In this document: one piece after another, positions 16,989 through 27,300 of the stretch
Numbering within the stretch: position 1 is the first letter of the stretch
Layout of the letters: every line of letters starts with the position of its first letter
Assembly (NCBI GenBank): GCA_049510745.1
Contig: JBEKYR010000058.1
Coordinates: 1 to 27,890, forward strand
Direction of reading: 5' to 3'
Length of the DNA stretch: 27,890 bases
Origin: Verrucomicrobiota bacterium
GTDB lineage: Bacteria; Verrucomicrobiota; Verrucomicrobiia; Limisphaerales; Palsa-1400
The notes under the pieces: model-generated
What the model saw: the letters and a program-made list of their open reading frames with translations, nothing else
Databases searched by the model: none
What the model was told of the DNA's origin: nothing
Position numbers and translations under genes: made by a program

Positions 16989-17591
16989 TCACTTGGGCCG
17001 AATCATTTCGAAACGGTCGCGCGTGCGGCAATACCAGTGCGGCGAGGCCATGCGGCCAATGAGAAAGAGCTTGTCGCTCCGAACCCGCTTCTTCTCCACA
17101 TCGAACAGTTCATCGCGCAGATGAAGACGTTTGACCAGGCCGATCACGACGCGGTTGTTCCCAATCTGCAGCGTCCCCCATTCCTGGCATTCCAGGCTGG
17201 CCGGCGACTCGAGAATGCGGGGCGGTTTTACCACCGACGAGGGCGCTGCGTGCAGGCCGGCGGGAATGAGTTCGTTTTCCCCGTAGGGCAACGGGGCGGC
17301 ACATTGGTTCATCGCTTCCGCGATGGCTTCATCGACCAGGTTCACCACGAACTCGTGGGTGAGGCGGATGTTCCGGGCCGTGTCCTTGGGTGTGCCATCG
17401 TCGCGGTCGCTCGGGGCGAACGCCAGGATGGGAGGCGCCGCCCCAAGCAGGTTGAAGAAGCTGAACGGAGCGGCGTTGACCTTGCCCTCCGGGCTGACGG
17501 TGGTCACAAGCGCAATCGGGCGCGGCGTCACCAGGCTCGCCAGAATCGGATATGCGCGGTCGGCAAAATGACCTTCCAAATCAAGTTCCAT
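16989..17591 (-). CDS. Flavin reductase family protein (DIM6/NTAB)
   Basis: 'VTPRPIALVTT...VNAAPFSFFN...KDTARNI...EFVVNLV...PPRILESP'. Confidence 0.92.
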   Translation of the reverse strand: MELDLEGHFADRAYPILASLVTPRPIALVTTVSPEGKVNAAPFSFFNLLGAAPPILAFAPSDRDDGTPKDTARNIRLTHEFVVNLVDEAIAEAMNQCAAPLPYGENELIPAGLHAAPSSVVKPPRILESPASLECQEWGTLQIGNNRVVIGLVKRLHLRDELFDVEKKRVRSDKLFLIGRMASPHWYCRTRDRFEMIRPK

Positions 17592-17673
17592 GACCGGCAG
17601 AATGCCACTGCCCCGGCAGGGGAGTCAACAGGCGTGGCAACAAGCAGATTCCCGTGAGAAACGGACCGGACAG

Positions 17674-20600
17674 CTATGCCGTGTTTCGGATGATTTCCAA
17701 TTGTTGATCCAATCGCTTGGGGGAAACCGGCGCGGCCGTGCCAAGTTCCTGCGCGAACAGGGAAATCTTGAACTCTTCAATCATCCACCGAAAGGCTTCG
17801 ATCTGACGTTGCGCTCCGGGTGATCCTGCCGGTTGGGCTTGCAGTGTCTTCAAGGCGTCCTGGTAGGGTGTGAGTTGGCGGAGACGTTCCTGGTGTTTGG
17901 CGGGGTTCAGGGCCGCGCGCTCGGCGCGGATGAGCAGCCCCTTGAGATAACGCGCCAGATGTGTCAACCGGTCATACGCGATCCGCTCCAGAAAGCGCGA
18001 TGGCACGAGATTGGCCAGTTCATCGGCGAGCGGATTGGCGGCGCGAAGGGCGGGGGGTGATCCAAGCTGGCTGAGCGATGAAAGTGTTCGGGAGCGGGGG
18101 AGCGCAGGAACGGCGGTCGCGCCAATGCGTTGTTGCGCTTGCTGCCGCAACTGCAAAATCAGCCCAAGCCGATCCAGGAATTGCGGCGCGAGTCCGGGCA
18201 GCCGGCGGCGCGCTTCCGCTACGGCCGTTTCATAATAGGCCCGCGTCAAAGCAGGCCAGGGTTCAGCCGGGAGGAGGTGGCGCTTCAGATGTTCCAGCGA
18301 AGTTTCCCGCAACTCGGCGCTGTCACCCAGCGAGGAGTAGAGCGCGTCGTAGCGGCTCAAGGCGCGCAGGTCTCTTTCCAGCCAGGCGAGGTCTTTTTGG
18401 ACGGCAAGCTCCACGAGACGTTGCACGCCGGTCAGCGAGGCCGCGCGCGCCAGGTCCCGGCCGCGGAACAGGCGCATGTTCACGCTGCCTTCGGCGAACT
18501 CTATGGCGGGCCAGGCATAGACCGGCAGTCCCGGACCTTCGCTCACGGTGATGCGTTCCGGCAGATCGCCGCAGGTCCAATCCGTCAGTCCGAAGCGTTC
18601 CCATTGTTCGGCGGCGCGAGTCCATTCGGCGGAATCGGATTCCGCGGCGGGATCGAGCTTGGTTTGCTTGAGGCGTTGCTGGAGTTGCGCGAGGTCGCGC
18701 CCCACGGCGAGTCTTTTCCTTTCGTTGTCAACAATCTCAAGGCGCGGGCGCAAATGCGCGGGCAAGGCATTGGCCGGCCAATCAGCCGCCTGCACCGCCA
18801 CGCCGTATCGGCGGCGAAGAAAGGCGGCAAAGTCTTGCAGAAAGGACGTTCCAGCCGGCAGAAACTCGCGCACGATCTCGGGCACTTTCGGAGGAAAGGG
18901 CATCAACTCGCGGCGGATGGATTTCGGCAGCGCGCGGAGCAACTCACTGATCATTTCCTCGCGCAGCCCCGGCACGGCCCATTCAAGCAGCGCGGAGGAA
19001 GCGGTTTGGGCGAGGGTAAAAGGCAGTTCAATCGTCACTCCGTCGTGTTCCTCACCGGGAGCGTAGGCGTAGGCGAGTGCCACCGATTGACCGCTGACGG
19101 GCACGGCATCGGGAAAGGCCTCCGCGTCGTAGCCCAACAATTGTCCACCGGCCAGCTCGGCTTCGGAGATGTAAAGACGTTCCGGCATCGCCGGGTCGCG
19201 CAACAGCCGGTTCAACTCGTGCAACGACGAAACATCGGTGATATGCCGGGCGTAGAACGCGGCCAAGGATTCATCAAGATCAGCCAAGGCGTGATGGCGG
19301 ACGCGCGTGCGCCAATTCTCAATTTTCTCCCGGATGCTCCGGTTGTGGGTCAGGAACCGGTATGCCGGCGGCAATTCGGGTTTTGCCACCGCCACGGACG
19401 TGAGAACGCGGACCTCATCGCGATCCGCGTCGCTCGGGTCATCCCCGCAGTCGCGCGAGGGCATCAAGTTTTCTTCCACCAAGGCCGAGCGGATGAAGAT
19501 GGCGGTGGCGTCCCGGGAGTTGATCTTGCCATAGGCCACCTTGCGGCGGTGCACTTCCAATCCGTGCAAGGTGACAATCTCTTCAACCAGCACACTTCCG
19601 GCGCTCTGGCTCCAGTGCGGATTTTGGTGCGTGAGCTTACAGCAGTGCGGCGCGAGCTGGAAGATCCATTGCGGATCAATGCCGGCCAGCGTGCGCGCAA
19701 AGAGCTGGGAGGTTTCGACGATTTCACCGGCGACAATCCACGGCGGCTGGTTCGACTTCGGTTTTGCAGACGGCCTGTCCGCCGTAGCCTTGGCGACGGC
19801 GGATTTGTTTCGCGGCTCGCTACGCGCGTAAAGGGAAGAGCCGGGGAAAACCGAAACCAGCCGGTTGCCCGCCGCCTTGTAATTGTTTCTCTCCTCGAAC
19901 CGCGCCACGTGGCCGATCAACCCGGCGAGGATCGAGCGATGGATCGCGTCGTAAGCGGCGTTGCTTTCGTTGAGCCTGAGCGTGCCGAGATCCTCCAGCG
20001 CGTCGTGCAACTGGGCATAAACATCCTGCCATTCGCGCATCCGCACGTAGGAGAGAAAACGCTGTTTGCAGAACTTCCGCCGCTGGCCTTGCGTCCGCAG
20101 CCGGTCCCATTCTTCGTGAACGGCATTCCAGACGTTGAGCAGCGAGAGAAAATCAGACTGCGGATCGGAGAACTGTTTGTGAGCCGCGGCCGCCGTGTCC
20201 TTTTGCTCGAGCGGACGCTCGCGCGGATCCTGCATGCTCAGGCCGGCGGCAATGATCAACAGTTCAGCGGTCGCATGTTCGTGCTGCGACTGGAGCAGCA
20301 TGCGTCCAAGCGTGGGATCAATCGGCAGCCGCGCGAGGTCTTCGCCGAGCCGGGTGAGGGCGCCCTGTTCGTCCAGCGCGCCGAGTTCCTGGAGCAGGGC
20401 GTACCCGTTGGCGATGGCGGCGGGCGCGGGCGGCTGGACAAACGGAAACGTCTCAATGTCACCCAAATGAAACGCCTTCATGCGCAGAATGACTTCCGCG
20501 AGATTGGCGCGTTGGATTTCCGGCTGCGTGAACGGCGGCCGCGCCTTGAAATCCTCCTCCGCGTAGAGCCGGATGCAGATGCCTTCCTCCACGCGCCCCG

Positions 20601-21798
20601 CGCGGCCTTTGCGCTGGTTGGCGCTGCTTTGCGAAACCGGTTCGACCGGCAGCCGTTTGATGCGCGTGCGCGGATTGTAACGGCTGATGCGGGCCAGACC
20701 GGCATCAATCACGTAACGGATGCCAGGAATGGTCAGCGACGTTTCGGCGATGTTGGTCGCGATGACAATCTTGCGGCGCGAAGAGGGCGCGAAGACCCGT
20801 TGTTGTTCGCCCGCACTGAGCCGCCCGAACAGCGGGATGATTTCCGCCCCGCCGTTAAAACGACCTTCGAGTTGGTCGCCCGTCTCGCGAATATCGCGTT
20901 CGCCCGGCATGAAGATCAACACGTCGCCCGAGTGGGTCTCGCAAAGAATGCGTTCCGCCGCCTGCACCGCGGCATCCACGTAACTGACCTCGCCCCGCTC
21001 CTCGGACTCCGCGTCCAACGGTTGATAAACGACCTCAACCGGATACAGCCGGCCGGAGACCTCGATGATTGGCGCGTTGTCGAAATGCCGCGAGAAGGCC
21101 TGCGTATCAATGGTGGCGGACGTGATGATCAACTTCAGATCCTTGCGCCGGGACAGCAGGCCCTTCAAGTGGCCGAGCAGAAAATCAATGTTCAGGCTCC
21201 GTTCGTGAGCCTCGTCAAGGATGATCGCATTGTAGTCCGAGAGGTCGGGGTCGCCCTGGGTTTCCGCCAGCAGGATGCCGTCGGTCATCAGCTTGATGTA
21301 AGTCTGCATGCTCGAACGGTCGTCAAAGCGAATTTTACAACCAACTTCGCGGCCCCAGGTCACGTTCAATTCCTCGGCGATGCGGCGCGAGATCGAGAGC
21401 GCCGCGACGCGCCGGGGTTGCGTGCAGCCGATTTTGGCTTCGATCCCCAGGCCGGCTTCCAGACACATTTTGGGAAGCTGGGTCGTCTTGCCCGATCCCG
21501 TTTCTCCCGCGATGACGAGCACCTGATGAGCACGAATGGCGGCGACGATCTCATCCTTGCGCGCGGTGATCGGCAGTTCCGCCGGGTACGTGGTGTGGGG
21601 AACATTAAGCCGGCGTTCCTCCCGCAACGCGATTGAAGCGTGAACTTGTTGCCGCAACCGCTCCAGCAAAGCCTCACGCTGATCCGGGTGATGATGATCG
21701 CGCAAAAGCCGGGCGAGCCGCCGCCCCAGCCGCACCCAGTCGGGCAACAGGCATTGCGGCAGCAGCGTCTTCAGTTCTTCAATCCGGGCATCAGCCAT
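17674..21798 (-). CDS. hrpA: ATP-dependent RNA helicase HrpA
   Basis: GETGSGKT, TQPRR, DEAH, SAT, TNIAETSLT, QRKGRAGR. C-terminal 'RWMIEEFKISLFAQELGT'. Confidence 0.96.
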   Translation of the reverse strand: MADARIEELKTLLPQCLLPDWVRLGRRLARLLRDHHHPDQREALLERLRQQVHASIALREERRLNVPHTTYPAELPITARKDEIVAAIRAHQVLVIAGETGSGKTTQLPKMCLEAGLGIEAKIGCTQPRRVAALSISRRIAEELNVTWGREVGCKIRFDDRSSMQTYIKLMTDGILLAETQGDPDLSDYNAIILDEAHERSLNIDFLLGHLKGLLSRRKDLKLIITSATIDTQAFSRHFDNAPIIEVSGRLYPVEVVYQPLDAESEERGEVSYVDAAVQAAERILCETHSGDVLIFMPGERDIRETGDQLEGRFNGGAEIIPLFGRLSAGEQQRVFAPSSRRKIVIATNIAETSLTIPGIRYVIDAGLARISRYNPRTRIKRLPVEPVSQSSANQRKGRAGRVEEGICIRLYAEEDFKARPPFTQPEIQRANLAEVILRMKAFHLGDIETFPFVQPPAPAAIANGYALLQELGALDEQGALTRLGEDLARLPIDPTLGRMLLQSQHEHATAELLIIAAGLSMQDPRERPLEQKDTAAAAHKQFSDPQSDFLSLLNVWNAVHEEWDRLRTQGQRRKFCKQRFLSYVRMREWQDVYAQLHDALEDLGTLRLNESNAAYDAIHRSILAGLIGHVARFEERNNYKAAGNRLVSVFPGSSLYARSEPRNKSAVAKATADRPSAKPKSNQPPWIVAGEIVETSQLFARTLAGIDPQWIFQLAPHCCKLTHQNPHWSQSAGSVLVEEIVTLHGLEVHRRKVAYGKINSRDATAIFIRSALVEENLMPSRDCGDDPSDADRDEVRVLTSVAVAKPELPPAYRFLTHNRSIREKIENWRTRVRHHALADLDESLAAFYARHITDVSSLHELNRLLRDPAMPERLYISEAELAGGQLLGYDAEAFPDAVPVSGQSVALAYAYAPGEEHDGVTIELPFTLAQTASSALLEWAVPGLREEMISELLRALPKSIRRELMPFPPKVPEIVREFLPAGTSFLQDFAAFLRRRYGVAVQAADWPANALPAHLRPRLEIVDNERKRLAVGRDLAQLQQRLKQTKLDPAAESDSAEWTRAAEQWERFGLTDWTCGDLPERITVSEGPGLPVYAWPAIEFAEGSVNMRLFRGRDLARAASLTGVQRLVELAVQKDLAWLERDLRALSRYDALYSSLGDSAELRETSLEHLKRHLLPAEPWPALTRAYYETAVAEARRRLPGLAPQFLDRLGLILQLRQQAQQRIGATAVPALPRSRTLSSLSQLGSPPALRAANPLADELANLVPSRFLERIAYDRLTHLARYLKGLLIRAERAALNPAKHQERLRQLTPYQDALKTLQAQPAGSPGAQRQIEAFRWMIEEFKISLFAQELGTAAPVSPKRLDQQLEIIRNTA

Positions 21799-21810
21799 GC
21801 GGGTGAATTG

Positions 21811-21819
21811 ATTATAGCA
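21811..21819 (-). promoter_or_regulatory. Extended -10 promoter of hrpA
   Basis: TGcTATAAT on the minus strand, 12 nt before the ATG, implying a nearly leaderless mRNA. Confidence 0.55.
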
Positions 21820-21882
21820 GGGCGGGACGGTGCGGGAAAGCCGAAGAGCGCCTCGCGCGGTCGCGTCGCGTTATGCCCTGTC

Positions 21883-24800
21883 TCACCAACCGAAGAAGCG
21901 ATAGGGGTCATCCCACTCCGTAGGCCGGGTAAGGTACAGGCCGTTGCCGTTGGCGCTGAAATCACCATTCCTTGCGACCGAAGGCCCCTTGGACCCGCCC
22001 ACCGGCTCGCCGAACCTCTCCAACAGCGGCGTCGAGCCGGACACGCCGAGGTTTGCCAGCAGCCGGCTCACCGCGAAGGAGGTGCGCCCAAAGGTGCGGC
22101 GCAGGTTGAATTGCTCCGGGCCGTGCAACGCGCCCATCACTTGGAACGGCGGGAGTTGGCAGAAGACGACGTTGCCCGTCGCTGCCAGCACCCCGTCGCC
22201 ATAGGCCGTCGCGCCCCCCACCACCAAGGGCAGCTTGCGCGGGTCGCGGTTGTGGATGTCCGCTGGGGCTATCCCGGCCAGCAGCGAATCGGCACTGAAA
22301 GGAGGGAAGAAGGCAGCGATATGCTCCGTGGTCTGCATCGTCACCTTCGTTGGCAGGAACGAGTTGGCCTCCGCCTGGTCCAGTCCGAGGGCTAGGACGC
22401 GCCCTCCCGCTTTCACCCACGCACCGATGGCCGGGGTTTGAGTCGCCAGCTCGCGGCCTCCGCCTGGTCCAACTATCAGCACTTGATCCGCCGCTGGCGG
22501 CCCGGCCTTGAATGGCGCGGCATCGACCCCGCACGCCGCCAGCCAGGCCAGACCGGCGGGTTCTCCGGCGTACACCGCGTTGCGCCGGGGAACTGGGCGC
22601 CAGGCATCGACATACCGGAGGATATTGCCCACCAGTGTCTCGGCCGCGGGGTCGCTCTCGGTTCGCGCCGTCACGTCCATCTGGCAGAAAAGCACCAGCC
22701 CGCGGCCCTCGCGGTATTCGAGCAGCGGGCTGTACTGGAGGGCGTAACCTCCATCGACGATAGGCAGGAAGTCACCCCGGGGCGGCTTCTCAATCAGCAC
22801 TGAGGCTACGTTTCCCCAGTTGCCGCAACGCCACAGCCTGGGGACCTCCAGTCCGCACCACCTTACCGTCGGCGCCCCGTTATACGTCTGACTCAACGTA
22901 TAGGTCAGGGTGGGAGGCAGCAGGGTGGAAGAGCCGCGCCAGTCGCGCAGATTTTCGGTCTTGAGGCCGGCCAGCAGCGGGCTGTCAGGCACGCGGGGCC
23001 AGACCTGCCGCAGGCCGTATACCTCGACCCTGAAGCCGAGCCGCTTCTCGAGCACCTCGGCGGTCTGCTCGAACACAACCACCTTCAGCCCGTCGCGCAC
23101 CCGCTTGAGAACGGGCGCCGGGCCGTCCACAGTCAGGGCGCCTTTGCCGATCAGCAGCACATCGAAGCCCGCAAGCTCTGCGGCGGCATCCACCGGCTGG
23201 CAGGTGACGCCCAGCCCGGCCAGCAATTTGGCCGTCTGCCCGTGCGGGTCGAAGAGCGCGATCTTCGAAACCGGGCGCGGCGGCGCCGAACGCGGGATGA
23301 CCTGCAGGGTGAAAGAATCTTCCTGGCTCTCTCCGGTGCTGAACTTGAAGCTCGCGGTGATCTGATAGTTGCCCGGCGCCAGGCTGGCCGGCAGCTTGAG
23401 TGGCACGGGGATGCGCGCCTGGTCGCCGGTCGGTATGACAACCTGCTTGGCGCCCCCAACCGCTGGACTTAGGTCGGCCGACCATGAGGCGTTGCAGGTC
23501 ACGGTCAGGCGGGAGTTGTTGATCACGATGAGCTGCTTCTCGATGGTTTCGCCGGGGTGGAACGTGTGGTCCTTGGTTGTGAAGTGCTCCGGCTTGCCCG
23601 CGATCCAGGACAGCAGCGGCATGTTATTTCGGAGCAACGACTCGGCTGTGGGCGAGGCGATCCAGTCGGATCGCGCCTCAGCCAAGTCGTAGCGGGCGTA
23701 CGTCCGGTCGATGAAATCCGGACTGTAGCCCGGCTGCTGCAGGTTGTCCCAGTCAACGGGCAGGTCCTGGCGGTGGTGTTGAAACCCGTCGCGCAATTTC
23801 CAGAAGCGGTTGTGCTCCCAAGGCGAGTTGGCCGACAAACCCCAGGTGCGGAACGCCCGCCAGTTGTCGGTCGTGTAGGCGGCTTGCACCGGCTGCAACT
23901 CGTCCAACCGCGCGTCGCCTACCTGGCAGGGGTAATCCCACCGGTGCCAGACGCGCCCCTCGCGGAACTGCTGCGCCTCCCACCGCAGGTTGGCTTTTTC
24001 CCGGTCGCTGATCTGGTAAGCCGCGTCGCCGAGGAACTGAGCGTTCCATTCGGCAATACAATACTCCCACGGCACGGCGGCGTTGCCGAACTCGCGCTGG
24101 CCGTGGTACCAGCCGCGGTACATGGTCCAGTCCCAGCCAAACGGCGCGCCGTACTCAACCAGGACCAGCGGTTTGATCCCCACGGTTGACCAGTGCTCGA
24201 ACCAGTCGTCCAGCTCTTGGATGGGGACGAAGTTAGGATAGAAGTTAAGCGTGTACATCGCGCTGAGGTTGCCCGAGGAGTGATGATAGACGATTCGCGC
24301 GGGGTCCAGGCGCTTGACGATGGCTTCGCAGCGCAGCGCGAGCTTGGCGTTGTTCCCGGCCCACCTCTCCCTGCGAGGATCGTTCAGCCCGTCTATCATC
24401 CGGGGGTTCGCCGCCTCGCTGTAACCTGTGGCATTGTGGCTCATCGCGTAGGCCACCACGGACGGGTGGCTTCCCGCGACGCGCACGTAGAAATCCGCGT
24501 GGCGCGCGTAGCCGTTGATTTGGTCGGCGTCCGGCGTCTTCCAATCGTACGCGCTGAAGTGCGGCTGGGACAACGCCACCAGCATCCCCGCGTCGTCCGC
24601 CGCGCGCAAAATTTCCGCGAAGCTCAGGTGCGAGCCAGGCTCGCAGCCGTAGTTGTGCGTGTACACAAAATTGATTCCGAAACTCTTGAGGCGCAGAAGG
24701 CTCTCCTTGGCCGCTGTGTAGGTCGCCAAGGCTGCTCCCACCTGGGCGTTGTCCAGCGGCACCAACGACAGGTACAAACGGGTGCCGTTCAGATAAAAAT

Positions 24801-25866
24801 CACGGCCCTGGATCCAGAACTCCCGGTATCCGAACCGGACCGGCGTCGCGATGTCCACCACCTGGCCGCCCGCGTCGAGGAGCGACAGCTCGGCGGCATA
24901 CTGGTTTTGGGGCGTGTTGATGTCCCACAGCTTCGGTGGCTTCCACGACACCGTGAACGTCGCGCGGTCGTCTTTCACATCGCGCGCAGGGAAGATGGGG
25001 CCGGTGAACTCCGCCACTTGGCGGCCCTGTTCGTTGATCCGGGCACGCAACCTGTAGCGGCCGTCGGCCGCCAGCCCCTGCAGCCCGGCCTCAAACGTGA
25101 TCTGGCTCTGGCGGAACAAGGTGTCGATCCTGACGTCGGAGAGTCGCGCGCCAGCCGGCTCGCCGATCAGCCAGACGTCGCCGCACAGGCCGCGGCGTTC
25201 GACCGCGCCCTTCCTCCGCTTGGCGCTGCCGGTGTCGTTGTACGACTCCATCACTGCTCTAAGCGGCATCGACACCACCAGCAGACTTAGGACATGCGTG
25301 GCACCCGGACGGACCGCTGCAGAGAGGTCCACCTGGCCGGCCGGGAAGCGGATCTCGCCCACCTTCCGGCCGTCAACATGGACCGCCGCATAGGAATTCA
25401 GGTACTCCACCTCCAGGGCGATGCGCCGGCCGGCCCAATCTTGGGGGATGGTGAGGGTGCGTTCGTACCAGGCGCTCCGGACCTGGCTGAGATTGGTGTT
25501 CGGCCAGCTCGGGTCGGGGTAGAGCGTCTGGTAGTCGCTCTGCATGTAGTCCTGGATGCCGGGCCAGCAGGCGGGCACCTTGTAGTAACCCCAAGCCGCA
25601 GTGGGCACTTGGAGGGCATTATCCGCTGCCGGCTGCCAATGCCACAGCCCGTTGAGACAAAGACGTTCGCGGGTGGGAGTGGTCTCGCGCCAGGCCTTGG
25701 CCGTGTCCCAAACCGCTTTAACGCCGGGCGGCAACGCCGCGCCGGCTTGGTCTTGCGCCGCTGTCAAGCAGGGCCATGCGAACAGCCCCCACGCCGCCGC
25801 GAGCAGCAGGGCCGATGGGAGCTTCGCGGGAGGGCCGTTCGATGGATGGCAACTCAAAGGAAACAT
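21883..25866 (-). CDS. Secreted glycoside hydrolase family 2-like protein
   Basis: Signal peptide. 'LCLNGLW', 'AWYERTLTIPQDWAGRRIAL', 'PKLWDINTP...Y', 'FGYREFWIQGRDFYLNG', 'HPSVVAY'. Confidence 0.82.
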   Translation of the reverse strand: MFPLSCHPSNGPPAKLPSALLLAAAWGLFAWPCLTAAQDQAGAALPPGVKAVWDTAKAWRETTPTRERLCLNGLWHWQPAADNALQVPTAAWGYYKVPACWPGIQDYMQSDYQTLYPDPSWPNTNLSQVRSAWYERTLTIPQDWAGRRIALEVEYLNSYAAVHVDGRKVGEIRFPAGQVDLSAAVRPGATHVLSLLVVSMPLRAVMESYNDTGSAKRRKGAVERRGLCGDVWLIGEPAGARLSDVRIDTLFRQSQITFEAGLQGLAADGRYRLRARINEQGRQVAEFTGPIFPARDVKDDRATFTVSWKPPKLWDINTPQNQYAAELSLLDAGGQVVDIATPVRFGYREFWIQGRDFYLNGTRLYLSLVPLDNAQVGAALATYTAAKESLLRLKSFGINFVYTHNYGCEPGSHLSFAEILRAADDAGMLVALSQPHFSAYDWKTPDADQINGYARHADFYVRVAGSHPSVVAYAMSHNATGYSEAANPRMIDGLNDPRRERWAGNNAKLALRCEAIVKRLDPARIVYHHSSGNLSAMYTLNFYPNFVPIQELDDWFEHWSTVGIKPLVLVEYGAPFGWDWTMYRGWYHGQREFGNAAVPWEYCIAEWNAQFLGDAAYQISDREKANLRWEAQQFREGRVWHRWDYPCQVGDARLDELQPVQAAYTTDNWRAFRTWGLSANSPWEHNRFWKLRDGFQHHRQDLPVDWDNLQQPGYSPDFIDRTYARYDLAEARSDWIASPTAESLLRNNMPLLSWIAGKPEHFTTKDHTFHPGETIEKQLIVINNSRLTVTCNASWSADLSPAVGGAKQVVIPTGDQARIPVPLKLPASLAPGNYQITASFKFSTGESQEDSFTLQVIPRSAPPRPVSKIALFDPHGQTAKLLAGLGVTCQPVDAAAELAGFDVLLIGKGALTVDGPAPVLKRVRDGLKVVVFEQTAEVLEKRLGFRVEVYGLRQVWPRVPDSPLLAGLKTENLRDWRGSSTLLPPTLTYTLSQTYNGAPTVRWCGLEVPRLWRCGNWGNVASVLIEKPPRGDFLPIVDGGYALQYSPLLEYREGRGLVLFCQMDVTARTESDPAAETLVGNILRYVDAWRPVPRRNAVYAGEPAGLAWLAACGVDAAPFKAGPPAADQVLIVGPGGGRELATQTPAIGAWVKAGGRVLALGLDQAEANSFLPTKVTMQTTEHIAAFFPPFSADSLLAGIAPADIHNRDPRKLPLVVGGATAYGDGVLAATGNVVFCQLPPFQVMGALHGPEQFNLRRTFGRTSFAVSRLLANLGVSGSTPLLERFGEPVGGSKGPSVARNGDFSANGNGLYLTRPTEWDDPYRFFGW

Positions 25867-25897
25867 AGGAGTTTATTCTTGTCATAGTTGTCCGACT

Positions 25898-26524
25898 CTA
25901 TCCCGTCTGCTCTTCGAAGCGATCCACCTGAAAGCGCTGCAACACCACTGGTTCGTCCCGTCCGATCCATCCTTTCTTCCGGGCCAGACCCACCTGCTGC
26001 CTGCCGGTCTTGATTTCCGCGATGCCCGGCAGCAGCAGGCCGCGACGCCCGTCCTCAGCGCAAACCACCACCCCGTAGCGCGCGGGGTCAAGTTCGTCGA
26101 TCGACGAAACTCTTTCCAGCGAGTGAAGCACGCTCACGTCAAAACGCAGGTTGGAAAGTTCATCGGCTTTCACCGATGGAAAGCGCGAGTCCTCAAACGC
26201 AGCCAGGCGCGCGCTCCGCCAGGTTTCAGCAACGAGGTTGGCGCAGACGGGAAGGAATGTCCCGGCGCAACCGCGCAGCCTTCCGCTCCGCTCATGCATG
26301 GTCACAAAAACCCCGCGCGGCGCGCTGAGATATGGACCGGAGGCCGCCGGCGCAAGCTCGGAACTGCCGCGCAGCGCCGCGGTCACTGATTGGCGGGCCA
26401 GACCGGGCAGGATCACTCCCTCGCGGTTGGCGTTGTGAGCTGGAGCCGGTTGCATATCGGACGGATCTGATTTTTCCGCGGACAGGATCGCCACGCCGCA
26501 GCCAACGCCGAACGGTCCTGTCAC
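25898..26524 (-). CDS. amrA: AMMECR1-domain protein (AmmeMemoRadiSam protein A), N-terminal domain apparently lost
   Basis: 'GVFVT...LRGCAGT', 'AAFEDSRF', 'DPARYGVVV...RRGLLLP'. Start uncertain (ATG near 26455 possible). Confidence 0.8.
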   Translation of the reverse strand: MTGPFGVGCGVAILSAEKSDPSDMQPAPAHNANREGVILPGLARQSVTAALRGSSELAPAASGPYLSAPRGVFVTMHERSGRLRGCAGTFLPVCANLVAETWRSARLAAFEDSRFPSVKADELSNLRFDVSVLHSLERVSSIDELDPARYGVVVCAEDGRRGLLLPGIAEIKTGRQQVGLARKKGWIGRDEPVVLQRFQVDRFEEQTG

Positions 26525-26643
26525 TGGACAAAATCTTACCCCGGCGCACGCGATTGCAAAGTGAAATCAAGCGATTCGTAGGAGGCGGTTATTTTCTTGA
26601 GGTGGGTGGTTTTGGGGGTTATTGGTTGTCCCGGTGAGATTTT

Positions 26644-27279
26644 ATGAAAGAACCCAATTCCATTAAACCAGCACCGACGGTGTTCCGGGAGGCGCGCGCG
26701 CTCGCGGCGAAGGCCAAGGCGGCGGCGAAACAGGCCAGAAACGCCAAACTCCGGGCGCGGCGGGCGAAGCGGCGGCTCAAGCAGGCGCGGCGTGACTTGA
26801 AGAAAGCGCGCAAGACATCCAAAAAGGCGCGCCAGAAGGCGGAGGAGATGCAGGCAGCGGCTTTGGCGGCGGCGAGGAAGGCGGCGAATTTGAGGCGGCG
26901 CAAGAGCGGCTCCAGAAAATTGGCGGCGGCCCGCAAGCAAGCGGCGGCGGCCCGCAAGCCGGTGGCGAAGAAACCGCGCCCGCCCATGAGAAAGCCGGTG
27001 GAAAAGGCCGGCGCTGCCGCGGCAGCCCGGATGCTTGGGACGAAACCTGCCATTGATGGGAAGACCAAAGCGGGACCCAAGATGAGACCGCGCCGGAAAA
27101 GGACGGCCAAATCCGTCGCATCGCTCCCGGGAAAACTGACCCGCCTAGCGGCGGAAGCGACGGTTCCGGCACAGGGCGCTTCGCCGGCCTCCATGGCCGT
27201 GGAGAGCGCGGGCGAGCCGGCCCCCGCTCCTCCGGCGCCGGCAGGCTGGCCCGAAGGGGCGGATGAACCGGGCGGATGA
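26644..27279 (+). CDS. Lys/Arg/Ala-rich basic histone-like protein
   Basis: Extreme K/R/A bias followed by a Pro/acidic tail. Fills the gap between two minus-strand genes. Confidence 0.55.
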   Translation: MKEPNSIKPAPTVFREARALAAKAKAAAKQARNAKLRARRAKRRLKQARRDLKKARKTSKKARQKAEEMQAAALAAARKAANLRRRKSGSRKLAAARKQAAAARKPVAKKPRPPMRKPVEKAGAAAAARMLGTKPAIDGKTKAGPKMRPRRKRTAKSVASLPGKLTRLAAEATVPAQGASPASMAVESAGEPAPAPPAPAGWPEGADEPGG

Positions 27280-27300
27280 TTGGCGCCAGACCGGGCTGTT

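Noticed and set aside
18130..21636. 1168-aa plus-strand ORF
   Set aside because: Antisense shadow of hrpA, typical of high-GC codon usage.
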